NCBI GenBank assembly: GCA_010093745.1
Contig: MU005959.1
Span: 238,270-302,269 of the forward strand
Direction: 5' to 3'
Length of the DNA stretch: 64,000 bases
Source: Piedraia hortae CBS 480.64
Taxonomy: Eukaryota
Under the pieces are notes generated by a model. The model worked only from the letters and a program-made list of their open reading frames with translations, had not been told where the DNA came from and searched no databases. Of this stretch, positions 12,878 through 23,742 are shown one piece after another (within the stretch, counting starts at the first letter, position 1; each line of letters opens with the position of its first letter). A program made the translations under genes and the position numbers.

Positions 12878-13436
12878 ATGGGTTGGAGGTTAAGGTAGTC
12901 AGTGTAAGGATGAGGATATGTTTATGATTGTATGATGGTGATTGTATGAGTAGGGTGGGTGTTTTCATAGATTGGTTGGGGCGACGATTTGTATTATGTA
13001 GGTTTTAGATGTGGAGGGGACGTAGATGTAGATGTAGAGGTTAGGCTGTGATCCGGAAGATGCGTTTATCGATTGTTCAGGTTCATTTGCAGCGGATAAG
13101 GTGTGATTTTGGCCAAGATGCACTATTGCAAATTTGAGTGAGGCAGCACGAGGCGAAAGCCTGCGCATACAATAGGTATACCAGAATCGTTATCTCCGGC
13201 GTCCAGGTTTCCATTACATCTTGTTTCAGGCATGCAAGAGGGTTGCACGCTGTGTCATGTTGGGTATGATTTCACTATGACTTCGTAATTTGCAATGAAC
13301 ACATTACAACCCTTGCCCGTCTCAAGCAGTTAAAAGTAGGTGTATACGAGAGCTGAAACGGTATAATCAACCTTACAAATAACTGATATGCTGCTCACCA
13401 GGCAATTCTGTCCCTTTAGTACCCGCATGATCGTCA

Positions 13437-13970
13437 TTAGCTCAGCAAGCTGAGCTAAATTTAAGTCCCTCAGCCTATCCCGCATTCAGAACGTCTTCTG
13501 ATTGGTTTTTTCGATTGAGAAATCACATGACACGGGAGTGCCCACATTTGTCCAAAGGGAGTTTGGGGGCTTGCCCCCTATAAGGTGGGTCTGCGGGGGT
13601 CTCCCCCGCACAAGAAAGGTGATGCATATATTAGGGCTCAAAGAAAAATAGCTGAGCAAGCTGGGCTACAATTTGGGTGATTAGCGTCAGTTATAACGAT
13701 CACACGAGGGCGTTCTCAGAATTCTCTCAAAATGGACCCGGCAAATGCGGTCACAAACATGAAAACCAACGGGGCATAGTATTGAGGTGCTGCCTTCATG
13801 GAAAGAAACCCTGTAGGATGTTTATGTGACATGCTATCCTACATTGTCCTGCCGAAGTCGACCACTTTGAGCGATTCCAGCTAGCTGGTGCTCCATCAGG
13901 GACTAACCCCGACTGATAATCAAACCGTAGGACAGAATATACCACAGAAATCCAGCTGGATTTTTCGTGG
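13437..13970. repeat. Hairpin-rich non-coding element, possibly a SINE-like repeat or structured RNA
   Basis: Inverted repeats at 13437-13458, 13565-13578, 13592-13610, ~13812-13843 and 13948-13963; no long ORF. Confidence 0.45.
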
Positions 13971-15026
13971 GATTACGCAAGCGTTTAACCCAAGTTTTGG
14001 CAAATTTCCAGCACTATGAGAAGGACTGAGGTAGTGTGGGGAAGGTTTCGAACCTCACCTCATATAAACATAGACATCTACATTCACTTTTTCAGTCAAA
14101 GTTAAGTGAAAACATTTGTCGTCGATATCCGCTCCTCTTTAGTCCTCGGAGGTTCACCCCTCCAACAAGGTTCAATAAGTCCCAACAACGAGGACAATCC
14201 AAACTGCTATCTACTGGGAAGCGAGGATACTACAAACCAATCCAGAAACGCCATTTATTCGCGGGTGGTATCGAGCGTAGCTATGAATAACTGGCAGTGC
14301 GCGTCGGTGTATCAAATTCCTTGTGCACTTAGGCGGCGCGGGTCGTCCCGCACACACTCACAGCCTCGCCGTAACAGATATCGTCCTCTTCCAGACCGAT
14401 ACCCTTCTTTTACATCTGCTCCCTCAATGGATGTGTTTTGGCTTGAACTTCCCAAATCCGGCTCGATCTCTTTTCAGACATCTGAGACTACCTCTCCCTG
14501 ACCCTGCCCTTTTCCAAAACCGCTCCAAAGGCGCTCCGTGACCGATTCTACATCATCTACATCCACCCCAACAATCTCGTGATCCATTCTGCCGTGGATT
14601 CGACTAGATTGATGTGAACTTTCGAGTTGATCGGGTAGTGCAGGCGGGGAGATGCAAATGTTTCTCCAAGCCCGCAGCAAACTCTGTAGTTGCAGGTAAA
14701 ACAATATTCTTGATCCTGTGAATGCCTGCCTGAGATAAATAGCACACTGAAATTTCGAGGGGCTTCAATTTTTCTCCCTAGTGCGCAGCCACGTCACATT
14801 ACGATGTCACGGCGAATTTGGTTCGGGTCGTGCCGTAATCTGGGGTAGTCTTGGCACACAAGTCTTTCCCCACTTCCACTACATTCCATCACCACAGTAT
14901 CACACACACAGTTTTCTGGTCCACCTTTCACCGATATTGGAGTGGCGTGAGGAGATTTCTCCCCCCTTCCGATGAAGAGAAAATCGAGGAAACAACGGAG
15001 TAATAAACTTCAGAGATCTCGTGGCC

Positions 15027-15144
15027 TGTCATGGAACCTTATCGCAGCCACGTGACCGGACACCTCACCTCCAGCCCATAGCGTAGTTAGCTCTTCCGTA
15101 AGGCACAACACAGTTATAAGGATAGCATAGTCCGCGACATGACA
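15027..15144. mobile_element. 118-bp solo LTR-like element, copy 1
   Basis: Termini TGTCATG..CATGACA; flanks TGGCC/TGGTC (5-bp TSD with one mismatch); near-identical to 62120-62237. Confidence 0.75.
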
Positions 15145-16742
15145 TGGTCCTGGATGAAGGGAATTAGGGCTAGTCGCCTTGAAACTGAGAGATGCCCCGC
15201 TTGCTTCACCTCTTTATCACCCTCTCTCCATGGTTCCTTCACACGGTATGAGGAAGCCAAAAACTCTGTTGCGTGAAGAGAATGTCCTGGTGGTCGACCC
15301 ATGAAAGGTCTTCACTTGGGAAAAGATTGGCCCAAAGATTTTGCGGGACTGTTTAGGTAGTGCAAACTCGTGTAGGACAGGTTTCATGGTTCTTGTCGCC
15401 TCTCGCAGCGAAAGTGCAGAACTTCCCAATATCAGCAGAAATTGCTCGTCAAACAATATCTGCTCAACCCACCATATCCCATTCTCGAGGCGAGCCTTAA
15501 ACCGAGAGAGGGCCCGACCGTGAAGACCGTTATTGCGAAAATTTAATATCATAACAATAAGGCGCAAAAAATATACACGAGGCGGAATGATCAACTGCAA
15601 TCCGCAGTTGCGGTTCAAAAACATCATGCACCCCGCGAAGCCGCAGAACCAAACGTCGGCCCCCATGCTGGACAAATCACTCCCAACTGATCTCTAAGAA
15701 AAGCGCCCCACGGACCTGCTGAACACTACTCCCTTTTTGTCGATCTTGCTACTTCAAAGTTTTAGGTTGTGCGTTCATCATTCATGGGCCTCTGTACATG
15801 GGTAGTACATCATCTCAAAGTGCTTATTGTAAATAGCTCACTATACATACCCTGCGGTGTGAACCTAGGATACAGTGTCATTCAAATGTGGTCTGGGTTT
15901 GTACAAACCTTCCGGTGCATTCTACATCCCCTCATGCCTAGGAGGTTTCTGCAGCCAATTCGACATATTTCAGGTTCAAACCCCATAGTACTTATGGATG
16001 CATGCTGTGGTTCAAAGGCATTGTAAATACATCGACTGTATATGTTTTCGTGATTTTGTACCGGGGATCAACAGAACCTACTTTCACCATCTCCCGTCGT
16101 GGCATGAATATCCCGCGGTTTCTGAAAGTTTCAGACATAGCTAAGTAAGAAGTGCGTCCTGTCAGTCTAACCTCACCATGAGGCCTCCTACGACAGTTTG
16201 AATGGTGTTGGTAGAACTTGTGTCCATTACGTTACACTGTTTATCACATATCCCGGGGCGATAGTCGTAGCTGATATGCCATTGTACAATGCACTCGTTC
16301 CAAGTATTGATTATACGGGCAAGCCATGATCCTAAGAAAAATTTGCGAACAAGCTAGGATAATGCGCGAATCGTGCAAGCCCGTAAGGGAACGGCTTGAG
16401 TTTCTCGTCTCTGTGCATACAAGTTGAGCCAGACTCAGCACTCTTCTTCCGAATTTGGTGGTCACACAATCACCACATTTTTACGACATGAATCTATCCA
16501 CGACTTTCGCTGATGGATTGGCGGCTGTCAAGCACACCCACCTTTCCTCAGTATTGCCCGCATGTCGTTGACCTCTTCAACCCAACTCTGAAAGGGGATA
16601 CTTGGCAATGCCAAAGTTCATCTGCGGGTTAGTGCTGGATTGCGGAAATCCAACTCTCATGATTGCCGTACCTGCATCCAAAGAGAATTGGGCGCCGCCA
16701 CGAACAATGCTATATCGTCCAGAATAAAGGAAAAGAATTGCA

Positions 16743-17534
16743 TCACGTTACAGAATACCCCCGCGTCATGAAATCGTTCTTCTGCCTCTTCCCATTGGAA
16801 TTCGACGAGAACAAACTCTTGAACGTCTCATCCTCCATCTTTCTCTTCTTCATCTCCGCTTGTTCCTTTACCACTTTTGCCGCTATAGTCGCCGTAGCTG
16901 CATGCTTAATCCCCGGGGCCTGCTTCTCCTTTCCTGTCTCCGCCTCTTTCTGCTTCCTTTTCTTCTTCCCTAACGAGGACGCTTTCTTCAGCGAATGAGT
17001 CAGTCCCTTTTCACTTAGCGTTTTTATCCTAAGCTGCAGGCGAGCAATATCCTCTTCTGCCGTGGAAAGGATAGGAATCACATCATTAGGTGCGTACGTC
17101 TCTCCGCACTGCGGACATTTGTCATCTGCGACTTCCTTGATGGAAGCAGCGGAAAAGGCATGGCCACAAGGGACGAGATACACCGCTTTTACACCGTTGG
17201 GACCAAGCCTGTCTCCTGTGAGTGGACATTTCCAGGCATCTCCGTCGACGAAAAAATTGACTTCAACAACGTCTTTGATGCCTTTGACGGCACCTTTGGT
17301 GGGATCACCTTTCCCTTCTACGAGATATTCAAGGATGGAGTCCTTATTGTAAAGCCGGCCGGTGCAGTCTGAGAGAATTGGGGGCGCAAGAGGGTCTTGG
17401 GAGATGGGATCGACGCTCCAGTTGTGAGATTGCTGTTCTTGGCGGGATGTCTTGATTTCCTGGGTTGAAGGGTTCCGTGCCGCTTCTTTGACAAGTTCTC
17501 GGCGCGTTGGAATGCTACCACCGTCGTTGCCCAT
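16743..17534 (-). CDS. RTF2: Replication termination factor 2 (Rtf2 RING-like)
   Basis: MGNDGGSIPTRRELV, GRLYNKDSILEYL, CPLTG..PCGHAF..CPQC. Confidence 0.92.
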   Translation of the reverse strand: MGNDGGSIPTRRELVKEAARNPSTQEIKTSRQEQQSHNWSVDPISQDPLAPPILSDCTGRLYNKDSILEYLVEGKGDPTKGAVKGIKDVVEVNFFVDGDAWKCPLTGDRLGPNGVKAVYLVPCGHAFSAASIKEVADDKCPQCGETYAPNDVIPILSTAEEDIARLQLRIKTLSEKGLTHSLKKASSLGKKKRKQKEAETGKEKQAPGIKHAATATIAAKVVKEQAEMKKRKMEDETFKSLFSSNSNGKRQKNDFMTRGYSVT

Positions 17535-17699
17535 GTTGATGAAAGGTTTGTCGTTCGTGACGGGTGGTCCCGTTACGTCTAGCTGGTCAGCGGCACAGTG
17601 GCTGCCACTAGCGCGAAATCAATGACGTTAACCAAGACTTTGATCAACCTCGGAGCGTCGCTTGCCATGGCGTTCACTCGTAGACAATAGTAGATTACT

Positions 17700-19051
17700 A
17701 TGGCAGAAATGGAGCCCCCCGCGTCCAAGCGGCGGAGGATTTCCAGCTCGGCGGCAGACATCGAAGTCCAATTTGCTAGGCCCGGATCAATCAAGATTAA
17801 TTCCACCGGAGCCCACATTGCCGACCATGAGGACTCGGACGGCGAGCCTGTGCCAGGCGAGGAGCCTGACCATTCGTTCCAACAAGACATTCGTCTCCCG
17901 AACCAGACAGAAGTCGTGAGCCACGTGGCCGTTGATATAGGAGGCTCCCTAGCCAAAGTTGTCTATTTCACCCACAGTGATGCCGAACCAGGTGGCAGGC
18001 TGCATTTTATCTCCTTTGAAACAAATCTCATCGATCAATGTATCGAGTTTTTGCGTGCCCTTCAGAAGAGGCATCGAAAGGCAAGTCGATCGAACAGCGA
18101 CTTGAGCATCCAGGCCACGGGTGGAGGGGCGTACAAATTCTATGATCGAATAAGAGACACTTTGGGTATTGAACTGCAACGGGAGGACGAAATGGAATGT
18201 CTCATCATTGGACTCGATTTTTTCATTACCCAAATTCCCCTCGAGGTTTTCACTTTCAATGACTCTGATCCTGCTAATGCAGTCGAATATCAGCCGAGCA
18301 AAGCCGGCGTCTACCCATATTTGCTCGTCAACATTGGCAGCGGCGTGTCCATGATCAAGGTGTCAGGCCCGTCAAGCTACCAGCGTATTGGCGGAACGTC
18401 GCTGGGAGGCGGCACATTCTGGGGTCTGCTTTCTCTTCTTACCGGTGCACGCACTTTTGATGAGATGCTTGCCATGGCTGAAAAGGGGGACAACTCCTCT
18501 GTTGACCTTCTTGTAGGAGACATATACGGCAAGGGAATGGGCTACGAGAAGATTGGTCTTGGCGAGCGCACCATTGCGAGCAGCTTTGGGAAAGTCCTTC
18601 AGCGCAAGAGAAATGCGGAGCAACGTGCTGAAGATGGGGGTGGGCTTGAGAATGGCTCTGAGGAACGTGCTTCTGCGGCTCCGGGAAGTGACGGGAGGAT
18701 GTTTCCTCCCGAAGATCTGTCCAGGAGCCTACTCTATGCCATCAGGTAGATCTACCAGGTCTTTGCATGAATCAACTAACAAGCAACAGTAACAACATTG
18801 GCCAAGTCGCCTATCTTCAATCAGAAAAACACGACCTTGCAAGGATCTACTTTGGCGGCTCCTTTATCCGTGGCCATCGACAGACGATCCATACTCTGTC
18901 CTTTGCTATAAAATTCTGGAGTAAAGGCTCAAAACAGGCCTATTTCCTCCGCCACGAGGGTTACCTCGGCGCCGTTGGGGCCTTTCTCAAACGACGACCA
19001 GTGCATTGGGTATCTGCCATTCCGGAAAACAGTATAGATGACGAGTGTTGA
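17700..19051 (+). CDS. CAB1: Type II pantothenate kinase; exons 17700-18745 and 18790-19051
   Basis: [42 protein letters not shown] 44-nt intron restores ISNNIGQ. Confidence 0.95.
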
Positions 19052-19056
19052 ATTAC

Positions 19057-20250
19057 CTACGACGCAAAACTAACCTTTGTGTCCTTCCTCATCAGATCCC
19101 CAAAGATCTCATCCGGGATCTCTCTTTCCCATCGTTTCGCCTCGACTTCATATCCATTCAAAATCCCCGTCAACCTTTCCAACTCCCTCACCTCATCGTC
19201 TTTCAGAACCTGTTTCCTCGCCTGAATCCACGCCCAATACTCCCATTCCCTCTCCCTCTCATCTGTCCTTGCAGACCTAACCAATCTCGCCCATTTCTTT
19301 CCCGACGATCCTGCAAAATGCATTTGCAACTCCGCCTTCTCCGGCTTATCAATTTTCTTCAACCGACTTTCCCATCGTTTGGTGTATACCTCCTTATTAT
19401 AACTCTTAACCGCCACAGTCCTCAACTGCAACTCACTAGGCAGATAAAGCGAATCCACAATCTCCTCTTGATGGGCAAACGATCAAATCCTCGCATCCTG
19501 TGCCTTGAGCGCCTTTGCCAAAACTGGTCTCAAGCACACCCTCAACTCGTTCGCCCGCTGCACAGCCCTGGACGAAGCCTCTCTAAGCTCCTTGACAAGA
19601 CGACTATTCCCACCCAGAACTGGATCGGAAAGCATCGCCTTCAAGTCTACAGGCTCAAGCACCTCGAGATCCTTGGTAGTGGACCCACGGAGATACTCCT
19701 CCGCATAAGCCATGAACTCATCCAAGGGAACTTGGTCAGCTTCAGACACGAGCAGAGGGCGGAGTTCTTGTCCTGCGTGTCGTCGCAGCTGACCGGGCGG
19801 GTAGCTTGCTACGTTTAGGATGGAGCGTTTGAGTGGGGAGGACATGCTATCGCTAATTCGACGTTGGCGGTAGACGGTCCCTCCGGGACTGGAGGTCGGG
19901 GCGGAAGAGCGAGGGGACATGCCGCTTCGCTGCCCCGAGAAGGGGGAGGGGGTGCTGAGCCCGCCGCGGCCGGAGGTTATGGGTTTGGGACGTGGGCGGT
20001 GGTTGCTCTGCCATTTTTGCTAGGGGTGTGTTGTTGGTGGTGGTGGTGGTGGTGAGTGTGAGAGGTGGAGGTTGGGCTGGGAGCTTCTGGCTTTGTTGGG
20101 GTAAGTGAAAAGATTGGGTAGAGGTTTAATCGGTTGCGGTGGGATGGGGAATAAAGAGAGAGGGGACTTTGGATGATTCTGGGAACGCCTGCGCTGTTGG
20201 GGAACTGATGGAAGGAGATCTTCCCAATCGGGTTGGAGACTGTACTGCAT
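19057..20250 (-). pseudogene. Unknown-function reading frame (398 codons) with two in-frame stops; pseudogene or recoded gene
   Basis: ORFs 20020-20250, 19483-19920 and 19057-19458 share one frame, separated only by TAG (20022-20020) and TGA (19485-19483). Confidence 0.65.
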
Positions 20251-21887
20251 TGCTTATTCTTGGCTACTGGTCGTCACAGAGCTGTAACAGTATCGATCAA
20301 GTGTCAATCGATAGCTGTCTTTTAACCATGACTATCATGCACACCCAACCGTGGTTTTGCATTGAGGTCCCACGGAGCTTTCTGCCTCAAGACGCTCGGC
20401 TTCCTGACTCTCCGAGTGATCGGCGGTGATGACCAAGACGCGTGTCAACTCGGCGTCACTCACATGGGCCGACGGGTTCGCCGATTACACCAAGCTGCTG
20501 AAAGACTGGTGCGACAAAGGCGGGATCGATGCCACAGCTTCGCTAGGCGCAATGCTTGATGACCGATGTCGCTGATACGGGCAACCTTGCCCCGCGCTTC
20601 CACGAGCGCTGGCGGTGCATGACTGGTAGGTGCCCGCGCAACGGCCAGCTTGTGGCGACCGGTCACGATGCATCACAGACGTAGTTATCGTCACCGCGAT
20701 GATGCACGTCGGGACCGATGGGCTGGTAGATGTCATGCCAGTCGGCATGCCGTCGGGAGTCGTTGACGTACATGCATGCACGATAGGCGCTGATGTTCTG
20801 CAGCATTTCCATGGCCTACTGAAAGTTTTTGGGCCTCGCAATCCGAAGCTATTAATGGTAAGCTGGCCAGGTCTATCACTGTGCAACATATAGTTGCAAG
20901 ACTGGACGCTTCTTCGGATATTTACATGCCTTCAATGACCTAGCATTGCCCAAGTTCAGGTTGAATGTCAGGAAGTGCATGTGCGAGACTGACAGATTAC
21001 CTGGAATGTACGCAAGGTCTTGTTCCCCCGTCGACTACCGAGTACGGAAGTAAACGTATGCCTGCAGTGTCATGCATAATACGAGCCCCTCGTAAAGGGA
21101 TCGGACATACTCGGTCAGAGCGCTGCAATGGTAAGGAAAGAGTTAGGTTTGTTGGTGGACATTGTGCGGCTACGGAGGATGGTGCCCTGCGTATTGTAGT
21201 GCGACACGAAGAGGGAAGGCTAAATTAAGCGAGCAGAAGTTAAGTATTCTTGTGAGGAGTCCACAGTTGTTCATGAAGGTGTTTGTAAGTTCATAGCTGT
21301 AAACATGATAGTGGGAGGAGAACACTTGTCTCTTACTTGGAAGGCTACGTAGGTGGACAACAAATACTCTCGCCGACGCCAGGACAACTCGTCATTGGCT
21401 CAAAAGCATCCAAGGCGCAGATCCATGGCATCAGTCTAGACATCCGTCGTTAAGGTAGAGATGCAGGCAAGACACTGCAAGGCGTAGCGTGATTTGGCTG
21501 CATCAGCCGGAAACAAGGCTCTCCTTTGGCCAACGGAATTAAAGGGGGTTTCTTTCACAGTCGTCGATGATGTCACACCAGCGTTCCACGCTGATGCGTT
21601 CTTTGTCTCGGCGTGAAACTAAAGCTGGCTGAGGAGCTGCTTCTGTCGCTTCCACAACAACAGAGACGAGAAAGCTGACAATCACATATAAGGGTAACAG
21701 CAGAGTGCAGACTGCACGAGGGGTGCAGTTGCAAAAGGAATCATCAGCCTTGGTGTGTGGGGCTTGGCGCTTGGCGGGGGCTTGGGGGGCTTAAAATCCG
21801 GCCAGCTGTCCGTTTCTCCTCCGAGTCCTCGCGCCTCTTCTACGCCCAAGTCCTCCACAGCTTGTGCCATTGTTTACTCTGTTGCAC

Positions 21888-22803
21888 ATGACATCTCCTG
21901 CTGTCAAGTTAGAAGATGCACAGGCGGCCAACGTGCCCCTGGAGCAGCCAACCGTCATCCTGTACTCCAGACCGCCTAAGAAGCGCAAGACGAGAGCAGA
22001 GCAACTTCCCGAGCCCGTCACTAACCTGCCGCCTCACAAGCGGGCAAAAACCGAGGCGGAAAAGGATCAGCGAAAGCTGGAACGCGTCAAACGCAACCGC
22101 GTCGCGGCTCGCAACTCGCGCGAGGGCAAGCGAAAAGAGATTGAAAACTATGCCGTCGAATTAGAGAAGGCGAGGCACATCATCAGCTGGTATGAGAGCA
22201 GATATGGCCCGCCTCCGCCCGAACATCTCATGCTCAACGTCCGCATCGTTCGCGGCCTGTGAGTCCAGTCCCTCTGTAGGCGTTCGTTGCTGACATGAAT
22301 AGTCCCGAAGGCATGACAGACAAAGACTGCAAGCAGCAAATCATTCGCGGATCCACAGCTCCACCTACACCGCTGGCTCTGCGGGCGCAGTCGTCTTTTG
22401 ACGAGCCCTCTCCTTCGGCCTTTGATCCGCCTTTGACCGACGCCACGCCCACTCCGCCCATGGAAGCGTCGCCGCTTGTCTCGTCCGGCGCGCCCCAGAC
22501 TCCCACTTTTCCCCCGTCGTCGTTGTCGGGCTCGACACATTTCTCTGCTGAAGAGATGTGCGGCCTGCCGTGTCCCAAGAGCCCGACTACGACGACCTCT
22601 TCAAGTTCCCCTTTGATCCAGCTGCTTACGATCCAGCAATGCCTCAAGATTCTTTTGATGGCGATGTGGACGCATTTCCCTTTGTTCATGGAGCCGCTGA
22701 TGCGAGCATCAGCCAGCCACTTAATCTCTGTGGCCTCTTCAACGAACCTTTCCAAGCCTACTCTTCGACGGGCGGTCTGTTGCCCGGCAGTGGCGCGGTC
22801 TGA
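21888..22803 (+). CDS. HAC1: UPR bZIP factor Hac1/HacA, induced form; exons 21888-22258, 22303-22547 and 22568-22803 (uninduced form ends at 22933)
   Basis: KKRK..LPEPVTNLPPHKRAKTEAEKDQRKLERVKRNRVAARNSRE. A 44-nt spliceosomal intron plus a 20-nt Ire1-type intron. Confidence 0.9.
22548..22567 (+). promoter_or_regulatory. Non-spliceosomal Ire1-cleaved 20-nt intron of HAC1
   Basis: Two stem-loops with 7-nt loops CTG^CTGA and CTG^CCGT (CNG^CNGN). Removal shifts translation into the acidic ORF ending at 22803. Confidence 0.88.
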
Positions 22804-22981
22804 TACCGCGACGTGCCGCGACGGTCGTCCTCGGGGCGCTATCTCACCAGCGCTTGGCTTGTCGCGAGACGGTTCAAAACACCCAAGGGAGGATAAATCA
22901 CCAGCGGCTTGTGGAAATAATGATGGGGGTTGACACGTGGAAAAGGCGTTAGTCTCTGTATTTTATCATTCTATCACAGGT

Positions 22982-23742
22982 TTATGAACCATTTTCATTC
23001 ATTTTCTCTAACGCATTTCTCGGTTGTCGGATCATGTAAAACCTCTTCCCAATACCTTCCTCTTCCCTAACCTCACGCCCCAGCAGCTCACTACTCGCTT
23101 CTACAGTCTTGTCAATCACAAACCCATTATCAGCATAAAGCTTCAACCCCGCTGGCGTAGACTCCAAACAAACCGGCAATTCTAGCCTATCAGCCTCTTC
23201 CAGTCCCGAGCGAAGCAGCTTCCGCCCAATACCCAATCTCTGCGCATCCGGCGCAACAGCGAGATAAACCAACTCTACACGCGTCAGCTACACGATCCCC
23301 ACCCACCCATCCCCCAAGAAATCAACTCACCAATCACATCTCCCCCTCCATACTTCTCGCCCTTCCACTCCAACCAAGTCTGCTTATAATGTCTCGTGAG
23401 CGGAAAATTCCCACCCTGGGGCCAATCATCCGGCGGGGCCTCCCACGCCGAAGGCTTGGAGATCGCACCCCTCCCTTCATCCTCCTCCACTCTCGCCCGC
23501 GTAGATTGGTCTGGAAACGCCCACTCTGCGAACCCCCGCATCTTGTGGTCTGAGTCGACGGCTTTGAAGATCGTGCCGTGGTTTTGGCGTTTAAGCCGTT
23601 CTTGGAAGGCGTAGAGGTCAGGTGTTAAGCCTCGTGGCCACATGCAGAGGAAGCGGGGGTGGGTTTCGAAGGATGAGAGTTGGAGACGGACAATGGAGGG
23701 GAGGTCATCTTGAGACGCAAGCTGGAGGGTCATGTTCGCCAT
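22982..23742 (-). CDS. GNAT-family acetyltransferase; intron 23275-23330
   Basis: LAVAPDAQRLGIGRKLL acetyl-CoA motif and LESTPAGLKLY; intron GTGAGT..GCTGAC..TAG joins in frame. Confidence 0.88.

Noticed and set aside
13565..13610. GC hairpins as a mitochondrial GC cluster (NUMT) or telomerase RNA
   Set aside because: The flanks are not AT-rich mitochondrial-like sequence, and no exact TTAGGG-complementary template was seen (CTAACCCC only).
14036..16700. Scattered short ORFs
   Set aside because: No recognisable domains; stops occur in all frames I examined.
19045..19818. 257-aa plus-strand ORF
   Set aside because: TTG start and Leu/Pro/Phe-rich composition typical of an antisense shadow of the purine-rich minus-strand frame.
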